A stretch of 64,000 nt of DNA from Amphiscolops sp. MND2022 (Eukaryota). Shown in pieces: positions 19,810 to 30,463 of this stretch. The position numbers and the translations under genes are program-made. Position 1 is the first letter of the stretch; every line of letters begins with the position of its first letter. Under the pieces are notes generated by a model. The model was not told the origin of the DNA. It did no database searches and saw nothing but the letters and a program-made list of their open reading frames with translations. The stretch covers positions 16,246,001 through 16,310,000 of the forward strand of contig OZ076409.1 in assembly GCA_964187785.1 (NCBI GenBank). The letters run 5' to 3'.

Positions 19810-19919
19810 GCCTAATTGTTGTGATAAACTTATTAAATAGGTAAGTATTCCAACCCTATTGATAAGTTTTATTTGAAAGCAGACTGCGAAAGTGGTCTGC
19901 TGCCCAATTTTTGAACAAG
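19810..19919 (+). ncRNA. Putative SL RNA gene, uninterrupted (empty target site)
   Basis: Native upstream TTGCTTTTA runs directly into the full SL sequence. Confidence 0.82.
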
Positions 19920-20035
19920 GAACAAGCTAGTCTGCACTAACTTAAAAGTTACGCGTATTTTGACCGAGAAAATTTTCGTATCATTGTACGTAATTTTGTT
20001 GTTAAGCATATAAAGCTATTGATTCTACAATGATC

Positions 20036-20154
20036 GGCTACGACCATACCATGTTGAATGCACCGGTTCTCGTCCGATCACCGAAGTTAAACAACATAGG
20101 GCCTGGTTAGTACTTGGATGGGAGACCGCTTGGGAACACCAGGTGTTGTAGCCT
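20036..20154 (+). rRNA. 5S rRNA
   Basis: Same as 707-825. Confidence 0.97.
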
Positions 20155-20730
20155 TTTTTGTCAGAAATGTGGTTTAACTTCGGTGACAGTTTTGCAAAAG
20201 GGGTCAAATTGAAAAGATAGCAAAAAACGGACAACGCCATTAGAAAGAGCGTCCAAAAAAACCCCCATGCTGAAATTTTCGCCGCCATCACTTGAATTTT
20301 CATTGAGTTATGTCATTTTTACTATTTTCACAAAATGTGGTTTAACTTCGGTGACAGTTTTGCAAAAGGGGTCAAAATGAACAGATAGCAAAAAACGGAC
20401 AACGGCACTGGAAAGAGGGCCCAAAATTACCCCTAAAACGTGTTTTTCACACTCCTGAGTCGACTTTTGATAATACATGGAATTTCATTTTTAAGCTTAC
20501 TAATTTATGCTTTTCAGCATACATTTTCGTAATAGAGTCAAAATTTTGCTTTCTCACAATTTTTCTGGAATATTTTTGTTTCATCAGATGTCAATAACTT
20601 GAAACGTCGTCTTTTCATGAGAATTTCTCCTCAAAACAAGTTGTTGGCTGGTAATGGTAAGTCCGTACCGCAGATAGGACTCTCGCGCTCCAAAAATTGA
20701 CTCTTTGCTTTTAGCCTAATTGTTGTGATA

Positions 20731-20795
20731 CTTTGTATTACATTTGTGATTACTTTGTATTTGTAAATCTTCAGGTTTAAATAAATTCTTTAAAA
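20731..20795 (+). mobile_element. 65-bp mini-insert (5'-truncated or minimal non-coding retroelement)
   Basis: Full 17-bp duplication at 20714-20730 / 20796-20812; ends TTGTAAA...AATAAATTCTTTAAAA. Confidence 0.8.
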
Positions 20796-20812
20796 GCCTA
20801 ATTGTTGTGATA

Positions 20813-22795
20813 CGGCGTTACTCTGTCAGCCTGCAAACTTTGTTTGCACAGCGCCATCTTGCAAATTTTGCAGCAAAAGTTGCAAAAGTAATGACTAATT
20901 TGAACACGAGTGAGCTTGATCAACATCATAATGAAAATGTTGAGCAAAATTGTTACAAAAATGCAGTTATTTCCTTGTCGAAATCGAACTCAAATATGGA
21001 CAAATTACCAATTATTATCAACTTTGCCTTACCACTGACATCTGAAATGTTCAAAAACAGCAAATTACTGGATTCAATGTTTGTGGAAGCTGTTATGGCC
21101 GTCAAAAACCGACTTAACTCCAATGAAATTACCATCTTCAAAACTACAATTTTACGCAACAAAGGCAATTTGAAGTGTATTACTGTGATCATTCCTTACA
21201 AACTTGAAAATGCAGCTTCCTCTCTTATTCACGAGGGCATTACTCTTCGCAATCGGAAAATACGGCCTTATTCTGTCAATTATTCCAACCCGAACAACAA
21301 TGTCTATCCAAAAAGATTACCAATATCTTTCCGAAACCTACCACACTTTCTGACGGATGAGGATATTTTGAGTAGCTGTGGTCTTCAAAACTTCAAATTT
21401 AGTAGCAAAATTTTTCATCAACAACGACGACTTCCTGATAGCAGCCTTTTTTATACAGGAGAGGCAAGAATTACAGTTTTAATTGACAATGAGAATGAGG
21501 AAAGTTTACTACAAAACTGGGCCAATAATGCATATGACAAAATGTTTAGTTCCAGTGGCATTTTTTTCAAATGTTGCTGTATCCCACTCCTCGAATGCTC
21601 TTTATGCGTCAATGAGAACCTTCCCAGTGCTCATCAACAATCAAGATGCCCAAAACAACTATCAGACGAACAGCAAATACAGAAAAACAGTGAATCTCAG
21701 AACCAGAAGTTAACAACTGACTACGTTATGGAAACTGCAGAAACAGAGCCAATGTCTAATGAACCTGAACTGTCAGATTCAGATGATGCTGAACCAATCT
21801 CAAAGGCACCAAAGCAGACCGATGATGGTACTGAAACCGAATGCAACAACAACGTGGCAGAAACTGAACAACCATGCATTAACAACTCAAAGAAAGATAC
21901 CATTCCTATGCAAAAACCTAAACTAATGCATCGCTCAACTGAATGGAAATCCTCAACAGACCTTGCCCGAAATCAAGCAGATGACCAACAGTCAACGGCA
22001 AAGCATGGATATCATGAATACCCATTCTTTTTGGAAAAGAAACAAAACAAAATACTGGCACCCGAAACTATTTTCAACGAAATACCTCCTATAAAAGAAC
22101 ATGTGATCAAAACCCAACAAACTTCTGGCTACATCAATACACTAGACAAGGAAAAGAAAATTCAAAGGACCTTTTCACTCGTACAACCACTGAAGAAAGA
22201 AAAACTCGAAGATCTTTTATCTGAATCAAACTGGAAACATTCTGACTCTAACACTATTTTAACTTCTCATTTTGAATTTTACTCATTGATCCGGAAGTTT
22301 GATCCATTCTATGATGCTACAAACCACCAAATTTACACTATTAATCTGGAGAATAAAATTGTACAAGTTTTCACTGCAGTTGAAAACTTATACAATGAAA
22401 ACAAAAACTAAACTGAAAAATTTCGGACCTTTTTGACTGGAACTTTAAAGTTCTAAATCTCTACAATACCATCATCAATCAACCCAATTCCCAATTCTTT
22501 TCGAGCACTAGTTGTTCGCAACCTGTATGCAAAAAACGGGTTTTGAAAACAAACTCCTTCCAGGAGCAAACATCTTTTTTTCATACATTCTCCAAACTAC
22601 ATTATACTAACTTCATACCTAAAAAAAAACATTCCCATTTTGGCGCTTTCTCAAAAATGCCATAACCAAGCATCTTCATCTACATACTTCAGCTTTTTCA
22701 ACACTTCAGTTACTCATATACTCATTTTATACCTATACCTTAGACTTCATTACTTTTTACTTGTAAATTCTCAGTTTTCAATAAATTCTTTAAAA
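20813..22795 (+). mobile_element. Family A element
   Basis: Duplication at 20796 / 22796. Confidence 0.9.
20891..22411 (+). CDS. ORF1-like protein, family A
   Basis: Near-identical to 4013-5533. Confidence 0.87.
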   Translation: MTNLNTSELDQHHNENVEQNCYKNAVISLSKSNSNMDKLPIIINFALPLTSEMFKNSKLLDSMFVEAVMAVKNRLNSNEITIFKTTILRNKGNLKCITVIIPYKLENAASSLIHEGITLRNRKIRPYSVNYSNPNNNVYPKRLPISFRNLPHFLTDEDILSSCGLQNFKFSSKIFHQQRRLPDSSLFYTGEARITVLIDNENEESLLQNWANNAYDKMFSSSGIFFKCCCIPLLECSLCVNENLPSAHQQSRCPKQLSDEQQIQKNSESQNQKLTTDYVMETAETEPMSNEPELSDSDDAEPISKAPKQTDDGTETECNNNVAETEQPCINNSKKDTIPMQKPKLMHRSTEWKSSTDLARNQADDQQSTAKHGYHEYPFFLEKKQNKILAPETIFNEIPPIKEHVIKTQQTSGYINTLDKEKKIQRTFSLVQPLKKEKLEDLLSESNWKHSDSNTILTSHFEFYSLIRKFDPFYDATNHQIYTINLENKIVQVFTAVENLYNENKN

Positions 22796-22905
22796 GCCTA
22801 ATTGTTGTGATAAACTTATTAAATAGGTAAGTATTCCAACCCTATTGATAAGTTTTATTTAAAAGCAGACTGCGAAAGTGGTCTGCTGCCCAATTTTTGA
22901 ACAAG
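22796..22905 (+). ncRNA. Putative SL RNA copy (G>A at 22861)
   Basis: Otherwise same as 481-590. Confidence 0.72.
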
Positions 22906-23021
22906 GAACAAGCTAGTCTGCACTAACTTAAAAGTTACGCGTATTTTGACCGAGAAAATTTTCGTATCATTGTACGTAATTTTGTTGTTAAGCATATAAA
23001 GCTATTGATTCTACAATGATC

Positions 23022-23140
23022 GGCTACGACCATACCATGTTGAATGCACCGGTTCTCGTCCGATCACCGAAGTTAAACAACATAGGGCCTGGTTAGTACT
23101 TGGATGGGAGACCGCTTGGGAACACCAGGTGTTGTAGCCT
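23022..23140 (+). rRNA. 5S rRNA
   Basis: Same as 707-825. Confidence 0.97.
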
Positions 23141-23928
23141 TTTTTGTCAGAAATGTGGTTTAACTTCGGTGACAGTTTTGCAAAAGGGGTCAAATTGAAA
23201 AGATAGCAAAAAACGGACAACGCCATTAGAAAGAGCGTCCAAAAAAACCCCCATGCTGAAATTTTCGCCGCCATCACTTGAATTTTCATTGAGTTATGTC
23301 ATTTTTACTATTTTCACAAAATGTGGTTTAACTTCGGTGACAGTTTTGCAAAAGGGGTCAAAATGAACAGATAGCAAAAAACGGACAACGGCACTGGAAA
23401 GAGGGCCCAAAATTACCCCTAAAACGTGTTTTTCACACTCCTGAGTCGACTTTTGATAATACATGGAATTTCATTTTTAAGCTTACCAATTTATGCTTTT
23501 CAGCATACATTTTCGTAATAGAGTCAAAATTTTGCTTTCTCACAATTTTTCTGGAATATTTTTGTTTCATCAGATGTCAATAACTTGAAACGTCGTCTTT
23601 TCATGAGAATTTCTCCTCAAAACAAGTTGTTGGCTGGTAATGGTAAGTCCGTACCGCAGATAGGACTCTCGCGCTCCAACAATTGACTCTTTGCTTTTAG
23701 CCTAATTGTTGTTCACGCGTCGGTTGGTTAGTTATCTTTGACTTTTGACTTCTGATTGTGAAAAACTTTTTTGACGAGTTTTTAACACATAGTACCGCTA
23801 AAACTCTAGAAGTTTAACGAAAAAATTGTTTATTTGGGTTTATACCCCTTTGCACTTTACCCCCTCTGGGTTTATACCCCCCCTTGGGTTTATACTCCCT
23901 TTTGGATAGAGGATAGGAAAACGACTTC

Positions 23929-25260
23929 ATGATTCTTGACGACGATGTTGCTTCTGGTAATGTGGACGTAACAAAAATGCCGATGGATGGTCACGACAAT
24001 ACTGAATATATTCCACCTATTGAAAGCCTCAGCCTTGTTCAATTGTCGGAGCAATCGCAATCTGGGTCTCCGTCACTTACACCACCACCAACATCTTCTC
24101 TACAGAACATACAATCGGCAATAAACATGCAATTATACAGCGCTGTTGCAGGTGCCAACACTCCACCATCTCGCACGACAGCAATAATTAAAATGAAAAT
24201 CATTCCACCATTACAAAAACAACACTTCACAACCAAGGACAACTTCACTACTGCAACCAATCAATGTTTTTCAGCAATTTTACGTTGCTTTCCACCTACA
24301 TACAGACAACAGCTTACTATTTCAAAATCATTTACAATTGTCGGGACAAGACATTTGCATTCAATTAATGTAGTGGCGCCTGTCACAGCCCAGGACATTG
24401 TATCAAAATTGCAAACAACAGGAATATCAATGCTTGGCAAAACTGTATTTCCATCGACAGACAACTTTCTCACTAATTTACCTGGACTCTATCCACGATA
24501 CACTCAAGTGAGACTTCTACATGCACCAGCACAATGCGATGACGAGACCTTAACAGAACTATTACTTCTTCCGGCAGATACGACAATCATAGGATTCAAA
24601 CGTCAGACAGACACGATTGATGGTATGTCCTTTTTCAATGGCAAAATAGCATGCACGATAAAAATCAACAATACAACTCATGAAGAAGAACTACGACAAT
24701 GGTCGTTGGATCAACATGAAAATCCCACAATGATTTGGGAGGAGATTCCTATCTTTGCATTTATTCCCTCACTTCACAATTGCACGTTCTGTAAACAACA
24801 TAACAAACCTCACTTTGGACATGACATTGCCTGGTGCAAACATGCAAAAGCACATCCAACGACTCCACCATCACCTCCTCTACCACAACAGACATCAACT
24901 ACAACTTCGCAGATGCCTCTGCCTCCTCCTTCTTCTTCTGCTACTCCATCTGTTATCGTGCCAACTCCTCCTACTTTGGTTAACAACAACTTGGGTTTAG
25001 CTGACGTACCTGTTACAACGACTGATGATTGGCAACCTGTAACTAAGAAGACTTTCCCTAAACACAGTTTGGTTAGAACGAGGTCTGTTATCAAGGCGAA
25101 AAGACCAAAACACCCGAGCCCTGTAACTGAAGTTAACCCCAATTTGACAGAACCTACGATGACGGCACCGTTCCTTCCGACTACACCCATTTACAATTCA
25201 TTTGACAGCAAGCGGTATTCTAAATCTTCCAGGTCTAAACATGATAGTGTTCAGCCTTAA
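23929..25260 (+). CDS. ORF1p (gag-like nucleic-acid-binding protein; CTFCKQHNKPHFGHDIAWC knuckle; Pro/Thr-rich tail)
   Basis: 443-aa ATG ORF directly upstream of ORF2; open in all 4 copies. Confidence 0.9.
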   Translation: MILDDDVASGNVDVTKMPMDGHDNTEYIPPIESLSLVQLSEQSQSGSPSLTPPPTSSLQNIQSAINMQLYSAVAGANTPPSRTTAIIKMKIIPPLQKQHFTTKDNFTTATNQCFSAILRCFPPTYRQQLTISKSFTIVGTRHLHSINVVAPVTAQDIVSKLQTTGISMLGKTVFPSTDNFLTNLPGLYPRYTQVRLLHAPAQCDDETLTELLLLPADTTIIGFKRQTDTIDGMSFFNGKIACTIKINNTTHEEELRQWSLDQHENPTMIWEEIPIFAFIPSLHNCTFCKQHNKPHFGHDIAWCKHAKAHPTTPPSPPLPQQTSTTTSQMPLPPPSSSATPSVIVPTPPTLVNNNLGLADVPVTTTDDWQPVTKKTFPKHSLVRTRSVIKAKRPKHPSPVTEVNPNLTEPTMTAPFLPTTPIYNSFDSKRYSKSSRSKHDSVQP

Positions 25261-28200
25261 TTGTAGAGGACTGAAGGATCCTCTTCGCCTTGCCATGACT
25301 CTGACTGCTTGTCAGCGTCATGGTGTGAAAAATTTTGTTCTTTTCCTACAAGAAACTAAGATTTCTGAATTTTATATCAATCATAGAAAACTACTTACAC
25401 AACACCATCTCTCGTACTGCATGGTTCCTGCCTCTGATACTGCAGGTGGATTGGTGACAATTTTTCCGTCTTCTTTCCACATAACTTACCGTTTTAACAA
25501 TGAATCCATGCTCCTATTGCGTTTTCAAGAATATAATATCACTTTTAGCAACTGTTATGTCAATCCGCTTGCTTTTCATCTGGAAAAGCTTATTCATGGT
25601 TTCCAACAGCTTTCTCTTCTATCTTCTAGTTCTCACATACTTGGTGGAGATTTTAACTGTTTATCAACCCGTGCTGACACATCTAATGTTAATATTCGAA
25701 GTAATGATTTCCGCTTACTTCGTTTTCGAAAACTTATGAATCTTATGCACCTGCTGGATGTCACACCATGTGCTCCAGCCTCGGCTGCACATCTGTTCAC
25801 ACACTATGATAAAAGGTATAATACATTTAGTCGTTTAGACTACTTTTTTACATCGAGTGTTGACTTCTCTCTCGAAACTGAAGTCATTCCTTTTTCGGAT
25901 CACAAGTTAATTAAGCTTTGTGAAGCGGCATCTTTTACTCCAGCAAACAGTCATTGGAAATTAAATGACAACATTCTGCAGTATCACCATGCAGTACGGG
26001 AGGTTTTGGTGAGTTCTATTGCATCCCGGTCTACGGATTCAGAGTGTATCCTATCGAACTATGATGTCATTAAAAATCTTGTTAGGGATAAACTCCGTAT
26101 CTTTTGTATCCAGAATCATAGACGTAATCTTTTTGAAGAAAATCACCTGAAAGAACTAATACTTGGTGCAGAGAAATATCTACAAATTTTTGGCGTAGAT
26201 TCCAAAACTATTTCTCGTCTTTCAGATTTAAATAAAAAATTGATGGAACTCCAGCACCAGAATGCTCGTAAATGCCTTAAACAGGTGAAAATGTTTTATG
26301 TTGATGCCAATCATGGTGATCCTCAAGTTATTAAAAAACACCTTTCAAATATGAGAAAATCCGTACATATTTCTCAAATACAAGACGACAATGGTGAGGT
26401 CTTGACTACTGATGAGCAGATTTTTGAAGCTTTTCATATGCATTACTCAGATCGTTTTTCCATTCCGCAGGTCAATATCAATAATGATTCCCATGTCAAG
26501 CAGCTGCAAGATGACATTATTGGTACTTTTTGTAGTGTTAAGAGATCTGATATTGAAAATATTCGCACTCTAACCAGAGACCGGGATATGATTAGTGAAC
26601 AAGAAGTTATTAATGCCATTACCAAATTGAATTCTGAAAGTGCTCCTGGTCCTGATGGCCTCACTTCCAACTTTTATAAAGCTCATCAGGAAGTTCTGAG
26701 TCCTCTACTCTGCAGGCTGTTTAACCAGATGGTTACTGATGGTTGGATGCCGCTATCTTTCTCCAGAGCCATTATAAAACTGATTCCTAAAAAACCCAAC
26801 GCCAATCGTGTTGAAGATTTTCGTCCCATCAGTCTTATTAATACAGACCAAAAAATACTCTCTCATATTTTGTCGGAACGAGTTCGCATTCCTGTTGATA
26901 AGCTTATTGGTCCCCACCAATCTGCTTATCTTCCTGGGCGTCACATACACTCTTCTTTATTGAAAGTCTCCTTAAACTTGGAAACCATGCCGTCAAATAA
27001 TTCTCTCATCGCTATTGATTTTAGCAAAGCCTTTGATAAACTAAGTCGAACATTTATCTTTGCGTTATTAGAAAAAATTGGCTTGCACGAAAACACAGTC
27101 AAATTGATTCGCATCATGTATATGCATAATATTGCCTATCTTGACATCAATGGTCAACTCTCTCAACCTGTTCTTATGGAAAATGGAGTTAGGCAAGGCT
27201 GCCCTTTATCCGCGCTCATTTTTATTCTAGGCATTGAACCCCTTCTTCATGCAATTCAGCACTCCTTCAACATTAGATCGGATATGCCGTTTAAAATTAT
27301 CTCGTATGCGGATGATCTTACTTGTGGTATTCACACTGATAATATTCAAGATCTTTTTGATATCATTGATACATTTTCTGGCGTTACGAATTTATCTGTT
27401 AATCAATCTAAAACTGAAATTCTTACATTGAGTAGTCTTCGTCCTCCTCTCCAATCTTGTGACGTTGTTAAAATACTGGGTGTTCACTTTAGTTTGGGCA
27501 ACTCTGCTAGACCTTTCTCTGACTTCATGAACTATGCGCAACGAAGTGGTCAGTATTGTAACAAATACAATACTCTAATAGCTCGTGCGCGAAATATTCA
27601 TACATTTGTTATGCAAAAATTAGTTCATGAAATTCGCCATCTTTATGTCCTAAGGCCTCAATTAGACAAAATTGATAGTATTTTCATTGATGCTATTTGG
27701 CTTGGCCGCAAACACAATCTAAGTAAATTTATTCTCCAGAGACCATGGTCGGCGATGGGTATTGGTCTTCGGAATTTCCGTCAAACTATTGTTTCTTCCA
27801 AAATTATCGACTGCTTCAACTTTCTCTACGAAAACAATTTGCCCGATAATCTTAAACTGTTACTCCAATCTAGGTTTTTTAGAAATCTTAAATTCTTGTG
27901 TCGCACATTTAAATGCTCCATTTCCTTTCCAAACTCCACCACCTGTACTCTTTCTATTGATGACCGTCAACTTGTGATTTCCACCCCTCTTCCCACTAAA
28001 AAAATTTATCATTTTCTTACAGACCGGTCAACTTCGGCAGCTTTTTGCCGAATCTCTAGTATGGCAGAGAAATTATCTGTTCCTGCTTTTTCTATCTTTT
28101 CCTTCATCCGTCACTTGTGGAAGCATCCCTCGTATGCTGCTTTCGAGAAAAATTATTTATATCTGTTTTTCCTTAATTGCTACTTAGAGAAAACCAAAAA

Positions 28201-28492
28201 ACAAGATTTGGGCTTAGTGTTTTCAGCTCATTGCTGTTTTTGTGGTGTTGAAGACGAAACCTTCTCACATCTTATTACTGAATGTCAGCATATTCCATCT
28301 CTCAATTTCTTTAAAACTCCTAGTGATTGCTGTCTAGATTTTCAAAACATGAATGCAATTTACCCTTTCAAACGTCTGATAGCTCTCCTAATTTCCTCAT
28401 GGAGCGAAGATCCGCTCAGATTCTCTAAGTATTTTTTGAATTGTGTCTCCTTAAGGCATCCAACCATTCTTAACCATCAGGCTGTAACGTAA
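25241..28492 (+). CDS. ORF2p: APE-type endonuclease + reverse transcriptase + C-terminal CCHC zinc knuckle
   Basis: APE motifs SLNCRGL, LQETK, GGDFN, SRLDY, SDH; RT motifs PGPDG, FRPISL, DFSKAFD, GVRQGCPLS, YADD; CFCGVEDETFSHLITEC. ATG at 25241 overlaps the ORF1 end by 20 bp (track start TTG 25202). Confidence 0.97.
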   Translation: MIVFSLNCRGLKDPLRLAMTLTACQRHGVKNFVLFLQETKISEFYINHRKLLTQHHLSYCMVPASDTAGGLVTIFPSSFHITYRFNNESMLLLRFQEYNITFSNCYVNPLAFHLEKLIHGFQQLSLLSSSSHILGGDFNCLSTRADTSNVNIRSNDFRLLRFRKLMNLMHLLDVTPCAPASAAHLFTHYDKRYNTFSRLDYFFTSSVDFSLETEVIPFSDHKLIKLCEAASFTPANSHWKLNDNILQYHHAVREVLVSSIASRSTDSECILSNYDVIKNLVRDKLRIFCIQNHRRNLFEENHLKELILGAEKYLQIFGVDSKTISRLSDLNKKLMELQHQNARKCLKQVKMFYVDANHGDPQVIKKHLSNMRKSVHISQIQDDNGEVLTTDEQIFEAFHMHYSDRFSIPQVNINNDSHVKQLQDDIIGTFCSVKRSDIENIRTLTRDRDMISEQEVINAITKLNSESAPGPDGLTSNFYKAHQEVLSPLLCRLFNQMVTDGWMPLSFSRAIIKLIPKKPNANRVEDFRPISLINTDQKILSHILSERVRIPVDKLIGPHQSAYLPGRHIHSSLLKVSLNLETMPSNNSLIAIDFSKAFDKLSRTFIFALLEKIGLHENTVKLIRIMYMHNIAYLDINGQLSQPVLMENGVRQGCPLSALIFILGIEPLLHAIQHSFNIRSDMPFKIISYADDLTCGIHTDNIQDLFDIIDTFSGVTNLSVNQSKTEILTLSSLRPPLQSCDVVKILGVHFSLGNSARPFSDFMNYAQRSGQYCNKYNTLIARARNIHTFVMQKLVHEIRHLYVLRPQLDKIDSIFIDAIWLGRKHNLSKFILQRPWSAMGIGLRNFRQTIVSSKIIDCFNFLYENNLPDNLKLLLQSRFFRNLKFLCRTFKCSISFPNSTTCTLSIDDRQLVISTPLPTKKIYHFLTDRSTSAAFCRISSMAEKLSVPAFSIFSFIRHLWKHPSYAAFEKNYLYLFFLNCYLEKTKKQDLGLVFSAHCCFCGVEDETFSHLITECQHIPSLNFFKTPSDCCLDFQNMNAIYPFKRLIALLISSWSEDPLRFSKYFLNCVSLRHPTILNHQAVT

Positions 28493-28639
28493 CTAAGTTC
28501 AATTATATTTATATCTTGCAACCAATGAACCATTCACTTACTTTGATTAGCTACTGAATTGTCTGAATTATGAACTTGGTCTACGCTATTTGATTGATTC
28601 ATTTGTTCCTACTGATTTACTGTAATTAATTCTTTAAAA

Positions 28640-28749
28640 GCCTAATTGTTGTGATAAACTTATTAAATAGGTAAGTATTCCAACCCTATTGATAAGTTTT
28701 ATTTGAAAGCAGACTGCGAAAGTGGTCTGCTGCCCAATTTTTGAACAAG
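28640..28749 (+). ncRNA. Putative SL RNA copy (downstream of insert)
   Basis: Same as 481-590. Confidence 0.75.
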
Positions 28750-28865
28750 GAACAAGCTAGTCTGCACTAACTTAAAAGTTACGCGTATTTTGACCGAGAA
28801 AATTTTCGTATCATTGTACGTAATTTTGTTGTTAAGCATATAAAGCTATTGATTCTACAATGATC

Positions 28866-28984
28866 GACTACGACCATACCATGTTGAATGCACCGGTTCT
28901 CGTCCGATCACCGAAGTTAAACAACATAGGGCCTGGTTAGTACTTGGATGGGAGACCGCTTGGGAACACCAGGTGTTGTAGCCT
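28866..28984 (+). rRNA. 5S rRNA (G2A variant)
   Basis: Starts GACTACGACC. Confidence 0.95.
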
Positions 28985-29543
28985 TTTTTGTCAGAAATGT
29001 GGTTTAACTTCGGTGACAGTTTTGCAAAAGGGGTCAAATTGAAAAGATAGCAAAAAACGGACAACGCCATTAGAAAGAGCGTCCAAAAAAACCCCCATGC
29101 TGAAATTTTCGCCGCCATCACTTGAATTTTCATTGAGTTATGTCATTTTTACTATTTTCACAAAATGTGGTTTAACTTCGGTGACAGTTTTGCAAAAGGG
29201 GTCAAAATGAACAGATAGCAAAAAACGGACAACGGCACTGGAAAGAGGGCCCAAAATTACCCCTAAAACGTGTTTTTCACACTCCTGAGTCGACTTTTGA
29301 TAATACATGGAATTTCATTTTTAAGCTTACTAATTTATGCTTTTCAGCATACATTTTCGTAATAGAGTCAAAATTTTGCTTTCTCACAATTTTTCTGGAA
29401 TATTTTTGTTTCATCAGATGTCAATAACTTGAAACGTCGTCTTTTCATGAGAATTTCTCCTCAAAACAAGTTGTTGGCTGGTAATGGTAAGTCCGTACCG
29501 CAGATAGGACTCTCGCGCTCCAAAAATTGACTCTTTGCTTTTA

Positions 29544-29653
29544 GCCTAATTGTTGTGATAAACTTATTAAATAGGTAAGTATTCCAACCCTATTGATAAG
29601 TTTTATTTGAAAGCAGACTGCGAAAGTGGTCTGCTGCCCAATTTTTGAACAAG
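29544..29653 (+). ncRNA. Putative SL RNA gene, uninterrupted (empty target site)
   Basis: Native upstream sequence contiguous with the full SL sequence. Confidence 0.82.
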
Positions 29654-29769
29654 GAACAAGCTAGTCTGCACTAACTTAAAAGTTACGCGTATTTTGACCG
29701 AGAAAATTTTCGTATCATTGTACGTAATTTTGTTGTTAAGCATATAAAGCTATTGATTCTACAATGATC

Positions 29770-29888
29770 GGCTACGACCATACCATGTTGAATGCACCGG
29801 TTCTCGTCCGATCACCGAAGTTAAACAACATAGGGCCTGGTTAGTACTTGGATGGGAGACCGCTTGGGAACACCAGGTGTTGTAGCCT
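29770..29888 (+). rRNA. 5S rRNA
   Basis: Same as 707-825. Confidence 0.97.
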
Positions 29889-30463
29889 TTTTTGTCAGAA
29901 ATGTGGTTTAACTTCGGTGACAGTTTTGCAAAAGGGGTCAAATTGAAAAGATAGCAAAAAACGGACAACGCCATTAGAAAGAGCGTCCAAAAAAAACCCA
30001 TGCTGAAATTTTCGCCGCCATCACTTGAATTTTCATTGAGTTATGTCATTTTTACTATTTTCACAAAATGTGGTTTAACTTCGGTGACAGTTTTGCAAAA
30101 GGGGTCAAAATGAACAGATAGCAAAAAACGGACAACGGCACTGGAAAGAGGGCCCAAAATTACCCCTAAAACGTGTTTTTCACACTCCTGAGTCGACTTT
30201 TGATAATACATGGAATTTCATTTTTAAGCTTACTAATTTATGCTTTTCAGCATACATTTTCGTAATAGAGTCAAAATTTTGCTTTCTCACAATTTTTCTG
30301 GAATATTTTTGTTTCATCAGATGTCAATAACTTGAAACGTCGTCTTTTCATGAGAATTTCTCCTCAAAACAAGTTGTTGGCTGGTAATGGTAAGTCCGTA
30401 CCGCAGATAGGACTCTCGCGCTCCAAAAATTGACTCTTTGCTTTTAGCCTAATTGTTGTGATA

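Larger units (their letters stand above)
23713..28639 (+). mobile_element. Autonomous site-specific non-LTR retrotransposon (Tx1/L1-like), intact copy
   Basis: ORF1 + APE-RT ORF2; 13-bp duplication GCCTAATTGTTGT at 23700-23712 / 28640-28652; ends ATTAATTCTTTAAAA. Confidence 0.95.

Noticed and set aside
23022..23713. Classification as a 5S-gene-inserting element (Mutsu-like)
   Set aside because: No 5S gene is interrupted; insertion is 226 bp upstream of 5S, at the SL start.
24039..27977. Short overlapping and antisense ORFs (60-126 aa) inside ORF1/ORF2 and the satellite ORFs
   Set aside because: Shadow frames of low-complexity coding sequence with no motifs; repeated only because the copies are near-identical.
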